Shown piece by piece: positions 1 through 11,498 of a stretch of 64,000 bases of DNA. Position 1 is the first letter of the stretch. The number at the start of each line of letters is the position of its first letter. This DNA is from an uncultured Candidatus Saccharibacteria bacterium. GTDB taxonomy: Bacteria; Patescibacteriota; Saccharimonadia; Saccharimonadales; CAIOMD01. The position numbers were made by a program, and so were the translations under genes. Under the pieces are notes generated by a model that did no database searches, was not told the origin of the DNA, and saw only the letters and a list, made by a program, of their open reading frames with translations. The DNA is taken from assembly GCA_963716565.1 (NCBI GenBank), contig OY970318.1, positions 385,934 through 449,933 of the forward strand, given 5' to 3'.

Positions 1-124
1 TAAATCATCTTTAACATCAAAATATACCCAACGATTTTTGCTAACTCTAAAATTCGCCAATTCACCTTCAATTTTAATCAAACCAAAGGCAAATTCTAAA
101 GTCTGGTTGGCAATTGCAACAAAA

Positions 125-1199
125 TCAGTTGGCGTCAGGATGAGTTCTGGTTGGTTCACGGCCTGGCACTCCTGCTTCGCCCTTACGTAGAGATAATTGA
201 TAAAGTATAAAGCCTACTGGCAAGAAAACTATCATACAGACAATTCTATAGATTAACGTAGCCGATAGAGCCAAGGCTTTGGCTACTCCAGCCGAGGCCA
301 AGACACCGGTCATTAAGGCTTCATAAACACCTATGCCACCGGGCAAGATCGAAACTAATCCGGCAAAACTGGCCACCGAATAAGCTAATATTACCGCACC
401 TGGATTAACTAATTGGCCCAGAGCTATGTAAGCCAGATAAATTGTGCCAATTTCGGTAATATTAATTAGTAGCGCCCAAACAAAAGGCATCTTTAAATTG
501 CGCCAATCGCGGCGCATTTTTACAAAATCTTATGCAGATTCGTGCATAGCCTTTCAACGCGCTCGACGTTAAAATAGCTCTTTGCTAACTAATCTTTTTG
601 ATAAACGATTAGCAATTCTTGGGCAAAAATGCCGTGAAAGATTTTTATGCGATTTTCGCTACTAATGAGATAAGAAAATACTGAATACTGCGAATAAAGT
701 TAAGAAAGCTATCGATAAGACCAATAAACATGGCAATCCGCCCCACCGCTCTTGACCACTACCAAAACTTAGTAAAAACATACCAAAGAATAGGATTATC
801 AAAAAGCTAATAAAGGTTAAGCCAAAGCGCATCGTTTGAGCCAGGGTAGTATTAGCTACTGGTACTCCTTGTTTACGCATCCTAAGCCCTAGAATAAGAG
901 AAACCGGCCACACCACCGCTAGGAAAAATGTGATTAACAAAATTGAGCTCTAGCGCCACTCTATACATAAACTGCATTGGTAGATTTTGACCACCGTTTT
1001 TAAAATAAGACTGATAAAACTTAGCAATAACAAAATAATTAATTAACTGCAGAGGGATTATTAGAAGACTATCGAAATCTTAGCCCCTAGTATTTCTTTT
1101 AAGCCGTTAACAATCTGAGGCCACGAATAATAAATCAAGAAAACCAAGAGCAACGATGGTAACAACATTAATTACTACTTTGACTTGCTTTGATGTCAT
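125..1199 (-). CDS. Lysylphosphatidylglycerol synthase TM / flippase-like (UPF0104/YbhN) membrane protein, frameshifted in this assembly
   Basis: ORF pieces 125-517 (ILPGGIGVYEA motif, then SATLIYR) and 662-940 are hydrophobic. ATG at 1199 lies just downstream of a TATAAT. Confidence 0.7.
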
Positions 1200-1243
1200 C
1201 TTCTTAAGAAGATTATACCTTAATCCGTGTATACTTGTATCAA

Positions 1244-2420
1244 ATGAAATCCGTTGCCATATTAGGCAGACAGCCTGACATCAGTTTAGCCGAATTAGAG
1301 TCACTATTTTCGGCGAAAAGATATCACTTGCCACAATCCAGAAGTGGCCCTATTGGATGTGCCAGTCGACGAGATACCGTTTGAAAGGCTTGGTGGAACC
1401 ATAAAACTTGGTTCGGTTGTTGGCTTTATCGAAAGAAATGATCTAAAAACCGGCTTAATTAAGCTCTTGCCTAAGATACAGTTGCCTTCTAAAAAATTAA
1501 ATCTTGGCATTAGTGCTTATGGTCTAAATATCGATCCAGAGCTACAACCAATCTTTCATTAACACTTAAAACACTACCTTGTCGGCATAAGGGCCACAAA
1601 ATTCGAGTAGTGCCCAATCAAAGAGCTATCCTTAATACCGCCCAGGTTTGGCACAACCAATTGTTCTTCCCTGCTGGCTTAGAATTATTGCTAATTGATT
1701 GGCAAGGCCAAGTTTTGGTGGCCTACACTAATCAAAATCCAAGATATCGAAGATTATACCGTGAGAGATCGAGAACGCCCTAAGCGCGACGTACATATTG
1801 GCATGTTACCACCAAAATTAGCTCAGATAATCATTAACTTGGCTACTAGGTGATGAACCCACTCAAAACGCCACCCTGCTTGACCCTTTCTGCGGTACCG
1901 GTGTTATCTTACAAGAAGCGGCCTTGATGGGTTTTGATGTTGTTGGCAGAGATATTAATCCAAAAATGATTAATTATTCTAAAGAAAATCTATTGTGGTT
2001 AGCTAAACGACATACCGTATTAAATTTTAAGTCCATCCGTGGCAATTGGCGATGCTACCCAATATTACTTGGCCATCACCAATAAAACCGAATGTCGCCA
2101 GCGAAACCTACTTAGGGCCAGTTTTTGACACGTTACCAGATGGAGCGCAGCTTAACTGAACATCGTAAACGAGCTAAATTTACTCCATAAAAAATTTCTG
2201 CAAAATCTACACAAACAATTAGATGCCTGGTACTAGATTATGCTTAGCAATACCGGCCTGGTTTGTTGGAACCCAAGTTTATCACCTGCCACTTCTTGAC
2301 CAATTGGCTAATTTAGGCTACAATCGTGTAGCTTTTGAGCATGCTAAGGCTGAGCAGCTGGTTTACCATCGACCTCAGCAAATAGTAGCCAGAGAACTTG
2401 TAACACTTATAAGGAACTAA
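1244..2420 (+). CDS. Trm11/TrmG10-like SAM-dependent RNA methyltransferase, multiply frameshifted
   Basis: Reading across frames gives MKSVAILGRQP..., GMLPPKLAQIIINLA and the SAM motif LLDPFCGTGVILQEA (~1880-1920). C-terminus is YHRPQQIVAREL. Confidence 0.7.
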
Positions 2421-2421
2421 T

Positions 2422-2715
2422 ATGTCACACGTTAAAGCAGGCGGTACATCTAAAAATACCAAAGACAGCCCCGGTCAACGATTGGGAGTTAAGTTATTTG
2501 GTGGCGAAAAAGTTAAGACCGGCGGTGTAATTGTACGTCAGGTTGGCCAAACTAAGGTAGCCGGTCCGGGCACTTTTATGAGCCGTAATTTTACAATCCA
2601 TGCCGCTAAAGACGGCCTTGTTGGTTACCGCCAGCGCAAAGTCAAGCATTACAGCGGTAAAACCGTTACTCGCACCGAAGTATTTAGTAGATTAATCTTT
2701 CTCGGTCGTACTTAA
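2422..2715 (+). CDS. rpmA: 50S ribosomal protein L27
   Basis: MSHVKAGGTSKNTKDSPGQRLGVKLFGG; the last few codons may be frameshifted. Confidence 0.95.
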   Translation: MSHVKAGGTSKNTKDSPGQRLGVKLFGGEKVKTGGVIVRQVGQTKVAGPGTFMSRNFTIHAAKDGLVGYRQRKVKHYSGKTVTRTEVFSRLIFLGRT

Positions 2716-2717
2716 GT

Positions 2718-2743
2718 AAAAGCCATAGTTTTCTATGGCTTTT
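2718..2743 (+). terminator. Intrinsic terminator after rpmA
   Basis: Perfect hairpin AAAAGCCATAG-TTTT-CTATGGCTTTT. Confidence 0.8.
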
Positions 2744-2790
2744 AACATGTCAAACGACTAAACTAAAGACAGCTCATTTTAAAAACTGAT

Positions 2791-4283
2791 ATGCTATCAA
2801 AAATTAATAAACTATCCAACCGAAGCTGGCTACTTATATTGGCGGGCACCTTTAGTTTTAGCCGATTAGCCTACTTGGCTTTTCCCTTTTGATAGCGACC
2901 ATTGGATTTTTTATTACATTGGCAAGCACTGGGTTTAATGGCGCAACATTATATGTAGACATGTGGGATCATAAATCACCACTTATTTATGCCTACAATG
3001 GCATTCTAAGTAAGCTGTTTGGCGATAATATTATCTTGCACCGTGTTTTCTTTACCGTGATTGCCATATTGGCAGTCTGGCTATTTTATAAAACCGCCCT
3101 GCTTTTATACCGACAGCTCAAATTAAAAAACCAGCCGGCCTTAGCCAGATTATCAACCCTAGTCTTTGCTTTTGTTGCTAACCTAGCGGTTTTTACCAAC
3201 AGTGGCAATAACAATGAAAACCTTGGCATTTTATTTCTGTTAGCCGTTCTTTACTGGTATTTAAGATGGCGCGAAAATCCTTTAGATAAACGACATTATT
3301 TGCTTATGAGTGGTTTAGCGGCCAGTCTTGTGTTTGTTTTAAAAGCAAACTTTGCTGTTCTTTTACTGCCGGTTGTTGTCGATCTAATCATCGTTACTAG
3401 AAAAAATGTCTATCGCTTAATTAGTAGCCTATGCCTCTTTGCGGCAGGCACATTGCTCCATCTGCTCCTTTGGGCCATATACTTCCAACAAGTTGGCACT
3501 TTTAAGCAGTTTTTGATTGCAACCTTTGAGTTTAATAGCAAATATATGTCTGCCCTGGGTTGGGATATCCACGCTACCGGTATTGTAATTTTTGTTGGCA
3601 TCTTAGTCTTGCTGCTGCTCTTTTTTGCACCATTTATTATCCGTGCCTGGACGGCTTTTATAAAAGACAAAGGCAACGATAACTTATTAATAAACTTACT
3701 GGGCATTTGCTCATTAATTTTTATGGTCTTAGCCGGTACTTTTTACTCCCATTACTTTTTAATCGCCCTGCCTTGGCTGTGCTTGGTGTTTGGTGCCACC
3801 TATCAGCTTAAATCTAAGCTAAAGCCCAGGTTATTACTTAGCTGTTTGGGCATAGTAGCCCTACTGTTGGCTGGTGCTAGCTATAAACAACTTTATAATT
3901 CTTACCTTGGCGGCGTAAAGACAGAAGCCAACAATCAAGTTGCCGTAGCTAACTATATAAATGAACACACCGCCCCAGGCGACACCTTCTTCGCCTACAC
4001 TTATGGTGCCACCTTTTATGAGTTAGCCCAGCGCGATTCTGGCAGCCGCTATATCAGCGCTTCTCACCTGCTAATCGATTACAAGCATCAATTCGGTTAC
4101 AACCTTAATGAACAATTTATCTTTGATATGATTTGCAAAGAAGCTAAATATGTAATTATGTTTAGCGACGTCAATGATATCTACCGAGTACAAAATCCGG
4201 TAGCCATGCGATTTATTAATAATAATTACCACCTAGAAACAACTTTAAATGGTTATGATATATTAGTTAGGAATAATCTATGA
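2791..4283 (+). CDS. GT-C fold (ArnT/PMT-like) polytopic glycosyltransferase
   Basis: LYVDMWDHKSPLIY loop motif and many TM helices; adjacent to GtrA. Start probably ATG 2791 with a 5' frameshift. Confidence 0.75.
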
Positions 4284-4756
4284 TAAAAAACATTTGGTCA
4301 CATACTGGAACTCGTTTTGCCGCCGTTGGTATTTTTAATACCCTATTCGATTTTGCCGTACTCAACTTATTGGTTTTTGGCTTTGGTTTAAATAATATCG
4401 CCGGCAACACTATATCGGTAACCCTGGCTATGGCAATCAGCTACGTGCTTAATTACCACGTGGTCTTTCGGCAAAAAACAGCTAATCATGCCAAAAAAGT
4501 TCTATTGTTTTTGTTAGTCACCGCTTTTGGTTTGTGGGTTCTGCAAAACGGCGTAATATACATATTCGTGCACTGGTTTACCTGGCCAGCTTCGGTCGCA
4601 AAAAGCTTGTTTGATTTAGTTGGCCTAGATAGCTTTACAAAAGACTTCGCCATACTAAACACTGCTAAAGTTTTTGGTACGGTGGTTAGCTTGCTGTGGA
4701 ACTTCTTTATGTACAAACGTGTAGTTTTTACCGACAAAAATACAATCGCCTCTTAA
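4280..4756 (+). CDS. GtrA family protein (putative undecaprenyl-P-sugar flippase)
   Basis: RFAAVGIFNTLFDF N-terminus, 4 TM helices, WNFFMYKRVVF C-terminus. Confidence 0.9.
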   Translation: MIKNIWSHTGTRFAAVGIFNTLFDFAVLNLLVFGFGLNNIAGNTISVTLAMAISYVLNYHVVFRQKTANHAKKVLLFLLVTAFGLWVLQNGVIYIFVHWFTWPASVAKSLFDLVGLDSFTKDFAILNTAKVFGTVVSLLWNFFMYKRVVFTDKNTIAS

Positions 4757-4841
4757 AAAGAAGTGCTTTTTTAATAGTACAGCTCTTATTCTGGTTGTTT
4801 ATGTGGTGACTAATGCAATAAGTCGTTATATAACAAGAATG

Positions 4842-6074
4842 CTAAAGCCCTAGAGCGTTTTTGGCGGCTTCTAGTTGTGAATCGATGTTATTAGTTATAT
4901 CGGTTTCGGTTGGTTCTAGTACGGCGTCCGGTTCGATGCCTTCTTTATCGATATTCTGACCAGCCGGTGTGTACCAGCGAGCTACCGTTACTTTTAGAAC
5001 ATCGCCTGCATCAAAGGTGCTGAATTCTTGCACGCTGCCCTTGCCGAATGAAGTTACGCCAACGATAGTTGCAAGGTTATTATCTTTTAAGGCACCAGCC
5101 ACGATTTCGCTAGCACTAGCACTGCCCTCGTTAATCAACACAACTGTTGGTATGCCATTTAATATCCCGTTTTCATCGGCACGATAAGTTCTAATTGTAA
5201 TACCGGCCCGTTTTTCCTCTAAAATAATCTGCCCATCTTTTAGCCAAGCCTCAGAAACGCCAACTGCTCCATCAAGATATCCACCCGGGTTATTTCTTAA
5301 GTCTAGAATGATACCGCTAACATTAGCCGCATCAAATTCACTAGCTATTCTATTAAAACTACTTACCGTATCGTCAGCAAAACGACTAATTTTAACGTAC
5401 CCAATGTTGCCTTCTAAAGTTTTGCTTTCAACGCTAGGCAAAGTGATGACTTGTCTGGTAATAGTAAATTCTAATGCCTGCCCATCGCGAATAATAGTTA
5501 GTTTTACGTTAGTGCCAGCCTCTCCGCGAATATTAGTCACTGCCTCGTCTATGCTCATGCCAACTGTGTCTTTATCGTCAATCATATAAATAATGTCACC
5601 AGCCTTTAATCCGGCTTTTTCGGCTGGCATTCCACTTATGGGCGCAATAACTACAATATCTGAACCCTGCTTGCCAAGTTCGGCTCCAATACCGCTAAAT
5701 GAGCCATTTAGCTGCTCATTAAAAGCATTGGCTTCGTTTGCATCTAAATACGCCGTGTAGGGGTCTCCAGCGGCCTCTACGAGGCCTTTTTTGATACCTG
5801 TAAGTAAATCATCGATGTTTAGTTGGCCATCGTAGCCTTGTTTCAATAAGCGATATAGTTCATCAACCGAACTGTAGTCTAAATTGTCTGGCAAGCCTTG
5901 GTTCTCGCCTACCGGCTGACGGCCAAATTTTATTGCCCAGTTGCCGTTGCCAAATTGATAGCCGGTATAAAAAACACCAGCCAGCACCAAAACACCAGCA
6001 AAGCCTGCCAAAAAAGCGCGCCATTTACTTCTTTGTTTTATAAAACCAGCCGTTTTTCTTCGCCACCTAATCAT
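4842..6074 (-). CDS. ctpA: S41 family carboxyl-terminal processing protease (PDZ + S41)
   Basis: GDPYT, FSGIGA, LDLRNNPGG, SASASEI, SFGKGSVQ motifs; N-terminal TM. Confidence 0.92.
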   Translation of the reverse strand: MIRWRRKTAGFIKQRSKWRAFLAGFAGVLVLAGVFYTGYQFGNGNWAIKFGRQPVGENQGLPDNLDYSSVDELYRLLKQGYDGQLNIDDLLTGIKKGLVEAAGDPYTAYLDANEANAFNEQLNGSFSGIGAELGKQGSDIVVIAPISGMPAEKAGLKAGDIIYMIDDKDTVGMSIDEAVTNIRGEAGTNVKLTIIRDGQALEFTITRQVITLPSVESKTLEGNIGYVKISRFADDTVSSFNRIASEFDAANVSGIILDLRNNPGGYLDGAVGVSEAWLKDGQIILEEKRAGITIRTYRADENGILNGIPTVVLINEGSASASEIVAGALKDNNLATIVGVTSFGKGSVQEFSTFDAGDVLKVTVARWYTPAGQNIDKEGIEPDAVLEPTETDITNNIDSQLEAAKNALGL

Positions 6075-6115
6075 TACCGTTTAGTGTACCATAATCCAAC
6101 AATTTCTATCTTAAC

Positions 6116-7273
6116 TTATGGAAAACGTAAGAAATATAGAGTGCCTAGCCAACCTGTATTGTTTAAATCTATCCACATTTCAGAATACTCACCATGGATT
6201 ACGTTATATTGACTAACATATATTCTGCCACTAGCAACTGTTTCGACATACATAGCATGCCCATAACCACCGGCTTTAGAGATTGCTACGTCACCCGGCT
6301 GAGGATCATAATAAACAGGAATGCCCCAATCGTAAGCATTGCTTACCCAGTCAGCAGCATTACCCCTATAGCCCCAGTAAGGCATGTGGCGTCCAGACTG
6401 AAAGACTTTAAAGGCCGTATAAGAAACACATTCACGATTTAACATACCCCACCAATCAGACATTGAATCCTGTGGAGCTGTCGCCCAGGGTGGATCGGTT
6501 GGGTATCCTCCGCGCGTACCATCTCCGCTAAATTGCTGGAAACTAGCAGCAATTTGAGCCAGCAAAGCAAGTTGCTGTTGCCTTAAATCAGCTGCCGTCT
6601 GCCTGTAGGCATCCTCTCGGCCTTGTGTATCATTAAGCAAGCGCTGCTGTTCTGCTCTGGTCATATTCAAAGACGTCTGTTCTGATTGTTGCTGAGAAAG
6701 CAGGGCTTTCTGCTCTTCTTGTTGGGCTTGGATTTGCTGTTTTAGGGCAATAACTTTTTCTGTCGAATCTTGTATGCCAGTCTTTAATTTTTCTAGATAA
6801 GTCTGATCGTTAATAAATTGGCTGAAGCTTTCACTGCCAACAAGCAACTCAACAGTCGAGGCTCCGCCCTTTTTATATAAGGCCTGCAGACTAGCCTTCA
6901 ACAGACTCTTTTGCCTGTCCAGCTCTACCTGCGCCTGCTCTAACTGCACCTGTAGCTCATTAATTTTTGTAGTTGTTAAATCGATTTGTGCCTGAAGCTG
7001 CGATATTTGAGTATTTAAAATTGCCAACTTATTTTGCAATGTGTCAGCTTCGCCTGCTAGTCTTGTGGCTTCGGCATTATTTGCATCTATTTGAGCCTGC
7101 AAGGCATTAGCTTGAGCTCTTAGCTCATCAACCGTGGCAGCTTTAACGTTTTTACTGCCATAAAACGAATACGGCACAATAAACGCGCTGGCGATAACAA
7201 CAACCAACACAACCGACAGAAGCCATGTTGTCTTTGATAATTTTTGTTTTCTGAATTTTAGCAAACGCTTCAT
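6116..7273 (-). CDS. PcsB/CwlO-like coiled-coil + CHAP peptidoglycan hydrolase (probable FtsEX partner)
   Basis: Signal/TM, long Q-rich coiled coil, CHAP motifs NRECVSY and YGHAMYVE; directly downstream of ftsX. Confidence 0.88.
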   Translation of the reverse strand: MKRLLKFRKQKLSKTTWLLSVVLVVVIASAFIVPYSFYGSKNVKAATVDELRAQANALQAQIDANNAEATRLAGEADTLQNKLAILNTQISQLQAQIDLTTTKINELQVQLEQAQVELDRQKSLLKASLQALYKKGGASTVELLVGSESFSQFINDQTYLEKLKTGIQDSTEKVIALKQQIQAQQEEQKALLSQQQSEQTSLNMTRAEQQRLLNDTQGREDAYRQTAADLRQQQLALLAQIAASFQQFSGDGTRGGYPTDPPWATAPQDSMSDWWGMLNRECVSYTAFKVFQSGRHMPYWGYRGNAADWVSNAYDWGIPVYYDPQPGDVAISKAGGYGHAMYVETVASGRIYVSQYNVIHGEYSEMWIDLNNTGWLGTLYFLRFP

Positions 7274-7305
7274 TACTTCTTATGTTATACCAAAAAAAGG
7301 CATTT

Positions 7306-7415
7306 TAGACAATAGACAATTGACGTTGGACGTTAGAACTTAACACAAGCAAGACCAAGCTACTTTTTAACAATCATTCATCTATCGTCTATTATCCAAC
7401 GTCAAGCGTCTAGCT
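7306..7415. repeat. Two inverted arrays of degenerate 7-mers
   Basis: TAGACAA TAGACAA TTGACGT TGGACGT TAGAACT (7306-7340) and TCTATCG TCTATTA TCCAACG TCAAGCG TCTAGCT (7381-7415). They include the perfect 11-bp inverted pair TTGACGTTGGA/TCCAACGTCAA. Confidence 0.75.
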
Positions 7416-8354
7416 TCACCAGCGCTTGAGTTTAAGGTGTTTTTCCATCGCAATCATACTAGAAATCGCCCCTATCAATATGCCAATAAATACGGCTCCT
7501 ACATACAAGGCGACAATAATTTTTGACTGGGTAAAGAATTGATAAGTTTCGGCAAATTCGGCTTGGTTGGCCATTTTACCAAGCAATGAATAAACGGCTG
7601 CCACAACTAAACTTGCCGCCACAATACCAGCGATAACTCCATATAAACTAGCTTCTATTAAAAATGGACCCCTAATATAGCCAGGTGTTGCCCCAATTAA
7701 TTTCATAATTTTTATTTCTTCAGAGCGGGTAAAGATTGCCATCCTGATAGTATTAAAAATTATCAACATACTAACGACTGCAAAAACGATAGCCGCCACA
7801 AAACTGGCACTGGTTATATAGCGTTGAGCCGATGCAGCACTGTCGATTGTTTTTTTAGCATCGGTTTTGCCAAGCGTTACACTATCAACAGTTGATTTAT
7901 AATCTTCCCTTTGCGGTATCTGCCCAACTTCTTCTATTTTTGACAAATCCGATACACTAACTTCTAGCGAAGCCGGCAACGTATCACCACCAACTAAAGC
8001 TAAGCCTTCTAATAGTTCTGGATCGTTTTTAAAACTCTCGCTAAATTGTTGCTGGGCTTGTTCTTTAGAAATATACGAAACATCGGCCACGTAATTATTG
8101 TTAGTTAATTCACTGCGCAATCTGACCACTTCGGAGTCTTTAGCGTCACTAACCAAATATACTGACACTTTTAAATTCTTAGATAGTTCGTCTATGGCGT
8201 TTCGAGCTGTAACATTTAGTACCACAGCCAATAGTATTATGGTCAAAGCCACAACCATAACTGCTGTGGCGGCTACGCTTAACCAAGAATTCCTAAAGAA
8301 GTTAGCTATACCACTAGCAAGAATTCTTCTTAGAGTTATTAAGTCCCGTTTCAT
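7416..8354 (-). CDS. ftsX: Cell division permease FtsX
   Basis: NFFRNSWLS, NTIRMAIFTRSEEIKIMKLIGAT, PFLIEA motifs. Confidence 0.93.
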   Translation of the reverse strand: MKRDLITLRRILASGIANFFRNSWLSVAATAVMVVALTIILLAVVLNVTARNAIDELSKNLKVSVYLVSDAKDSEVVRLRSELTNNNYVADVSYISKEQAQQQFSESFKNDPELLEGLALVGGDTLPASLEVSVSDLSKIEEVGQIPQREDYKSTVDSVTLGKTDAKKTIDSAASAQRYITSASFVAAIVFAVVSMLIIFNTIRMAIFTRSEEIKIMKLIGATPGYIRGPFLIEASLYGVIAGIVAASLVVAAVYSLLGKMANQAEFAETYQFFTQSKIIVALYVGAVFIGILIGAISSMIAMEKHLKLKRW

Positions 8355-9034
8355 TATTTATAGCCCCCACTGGCTTTATCACTAATTATCTGACCGTCTT
8401 TCATAGAAATAACTCGGCGCTTAAGTTGGTTAACAATTTCTTGATTGTGAGTAGTTAAAAGCACGGTGGTGCCATATTTATTAATTTTTTCTAAAACCCT
8501 TATGACGTCCCAGGCGTGCTTAGGATCTAAGATTGCCGGTAGGTTCATCGGCAATTAATATTTTTGGCTGCCTAGCAACCGCTCTAGCAATAGCTAACCG
8601 CTGCCTTTCGCCACCAGATAGTTCACTTGGATAGTTGTTTTCTTTGCCACTCAAATTAACTAGTGAAAGCACTTTTGGTACCGTAAACTTATTTCTTTAT
8701 TACTGGCACCCAACAATTTCTAAGGCAAAGGCAACGTTTTCGAACACGGTTTTATTAGGCAATAGTTTAAAATCCTGAAAAACAACACCTATTTTTCTTC
8801 GTAAATATGGAATGTCTTTATCTTTTAAAGTCTTCGTAATCAATACCATTAACAATAATCTTACCGCTGGTAGGCTTTTCTTCGCGGGTCAGCATTTTCA
8901 GTAGGGTCGATTTGCCAGCCCCACTCGGGCCAACAATAACCACAAATTCTTTGGGTTCAACATGCAATGACACCGTCTTTAGAGCCGTTCCTCGCCTGAT
9001 TATAGTTTTTTGTTACTCTATCTAGTAAAATCAT
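8354..9034 (-). CDS. ftsE: Cell division ATP-binding protein FtsE (frameshifted)
   Basis: MILLDRVTK start, Walker [36 protein letters not shown] read across frames. Confidence 0.9.
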
Positions 9035-9045
9035 CTGCTAATTGA

Positions 9046-10157
9046 TTATACAAAACTTGTGCTTATTAAGTCTAAAGAAGTTTTTAGGTAAGCCTCTATA
9101 AAATCGTTAATTTCGCCATCTAAAACACCCTGTGTATTACTGGTTTCGATACTTTGTCCGTAAGTCTTTAACCATATTATAAGGATGTAGAACATAATTG
9201 CGGATTTGATTGCCCCAAGCTGCTTGTTCGTTTGGACCCTTTAATTCATCAATTTTTTCTTTGTGTTGTTCTATCTGCAGTTGAACCAATTTTGAGCGCA
9301 AAATGGTTAACGCTGTTTCTTTATTTTGCAACTGTGAACGTTCATTTTGAATAGTTACGGTAATATTGGTTGGCAAGTGAGTTATTCTAACAGCTGAATC
9401 AGTAGTATTAACACTTTGACCGCCATGGCCACCGGCTCTAAAAACGTCTATTTTTAAATCTTTTTCGTCAATTATCGACCTCACCAGGTTGATCAATTTT
9501 GGGCATTATTTCTACTCTAGCAAAACTGGTTTGTCGTAAATGATCGGCATTAAATGGGCTTAAACGTACCAGACGATGAACGCCCTGCTCGCCTTTTAGT
9601 TTGCCATAGGCTAAGTTGCCATTTATTTCTAAGGTTACACTTTTTAAGCCCGCTTCTTCACCAGATGATTGATCAATTATTTTACAGTTCAAGACCTTTA
9701 GATTTTTCTACCCAGCGGGTATACATTCTAAGCAACATCTGCGCCCAGTCTTGAGCATCAGTACCGCCCGCACCAGCATAAATACTCATAATTACATCAT
9801 AATCATCGTACGGGCCGCTATATAAAAGCTCGTGGTTCAGTTTATTGAATTGGTCAAAAGTTTCTTGAACTTGATTAGCAATCTCTTTGTTTATAGTTAG
9901 TCGTTCAGCTATTAACGTCAATAGTTTCACCAACCTGTTTTTTTAATATGTTGCCAGGGCTCAATTTTTGCTTTTAATTTCGATATTTGGCGATTAACCA
10001 CTTGAGCGTTAGATTGATCTTGCCAAAAATCTGGTTTTTGCGTCTCTTGGTTTAACTCATCAATTCTGCCCAATTATATCTTGAGCCTTCATCTGCTTTA
10101 AAGCGCTGTCGATTTTAGAGCAATATCTTTTAGAAGTTCTTAGTCGTCATTCATCAT
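9046..10157 (-). CDS. prfB: Peptide chain release factor 2 (several frameshifts; ends approximate)
   Basis: [14 protein letters not shown] recognition motif, [21 protein letters not shown]. Confidence 0.92.
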
Positions 10158-10175
10158 TCAATAATTATACTCTAT

Positions 10176-11495
10176 TAATTGCCATAAGCCTTGGTTGCAA
10201 TGAATTATATATAGCTATTTGCTAATATCTGATGCAATTTTTGGAGTCTATTTTGTTTGTTGCACCGTAGAAACCAACCCCCCAGACATTTTTTGAATCT
10301 AAGCAAATTCGAGCACATTTAATAATTTGCTGGCAAGTTATGCGCCTTGATGCGATCGGGAATTTTATTGTACTCTTCAACTTCATCATCAAATACTAGG
10401 CGAGTATTGTAGCCATTTACCAGCTGGCCGACAGTTTGAACGCTGCGATTAAAATCACCCAGCATATATTGCTTAGCGGCCTTGAGCTCACTTAAGCTAA
10501 ACTGACCCTTTGGCGACCGATTTTAATTCTTTGGCCATTAGCTTAAACAAAGCTTCGCAGTTTTCTGGCAATACTTGGCCACCCACCCACCAAATATTGT
10601 TGGTCTTTAGCCGACATTTGCCATAATTAATTCCATAAACCAAGCCCTGCTCCCTGGCTGTGCCGAATATCCTAGAATGCAGGGTATTAAATAAAACAGC
10701 AAATAGCGTGTCCCAAGCATCATTCTTCCTGTGGTTTCTGAACATGATCTAATACGGTTTCCCAAAAATAATAGACATTGTCTATAGCGTTATTTTTTTC
10801 CACGATAGGAGCTTCTAGCTTTGTCAAACCGTTTTCTATGCAATGAAATCCGGCCCTTGCCACCATCTAAATCTAGTCGTTGCAAGCGCTTTGTGATGGC
10901 AGGCTTGTGCTTGCTCACCGGCCCAGCAATAATAAATCTTAGGTTCGACGTATGGTGAGTGCGTTTATAATGATCTTTAATATCATCTAGGTGGATATTT
11001 TTTAGCTGTTTCTCTCTTTCGGAAAAGTTTAGTTCTTTATAGCCCATTGCCTTGCTTAAGCCAATTACCAACCTAGAAAAGTGATCATTGTGTAAACCGC
11101 GAAGCTCATCTTTAATATTGGACTTTTCTGCTACAAACGCCTCTTTAACAAATAGCGGAGCTTCAATAGCCAAACATAATAAATCTAAAATACGATCTGT
11201 TTCAAAATCAGCGCATTCGGCTTCGTAGACAATATCGTAATCGCCAGTTGAGGCATTACAATAAGCTCCATTTTTATTAAATTCTTTAAAAAAATTATTT
11301 GGCGATCTAAAACGCTTATTGGCACCCAGTAGCATATGCTCCATAACATGCGCTGTATCCCATTTATCATTTGGTGATAAATAATCACCTGCTCTAAAAT
11401 TAAAGTAAAAATTTGTAACCGAAGCGCTGGGCACATTCAATTAGTAGGCCCATGATGCCGTTGGGCAATTCTATTTTTTCTACCGTATGTTTCAT
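10176..11495 (-). CDS. M16 (insulinase/pitrilysin) family zinc peptidase, frameshifted; 3' end approximate
   Basis: Inverted HxxEH motif (AHVMEH), NAST, and C-domain REQGLVY. Confidence 0.82.
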
Positions 11496-11498
11496 TTA

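Noticed and set aside
10060-10110. Programmed +1 frameshift in prfB
   Set aside because: The position equivalent to CTT-TGA reads ATG AAG, with no internal SD. The observed breaks look like the other sequencing indels.
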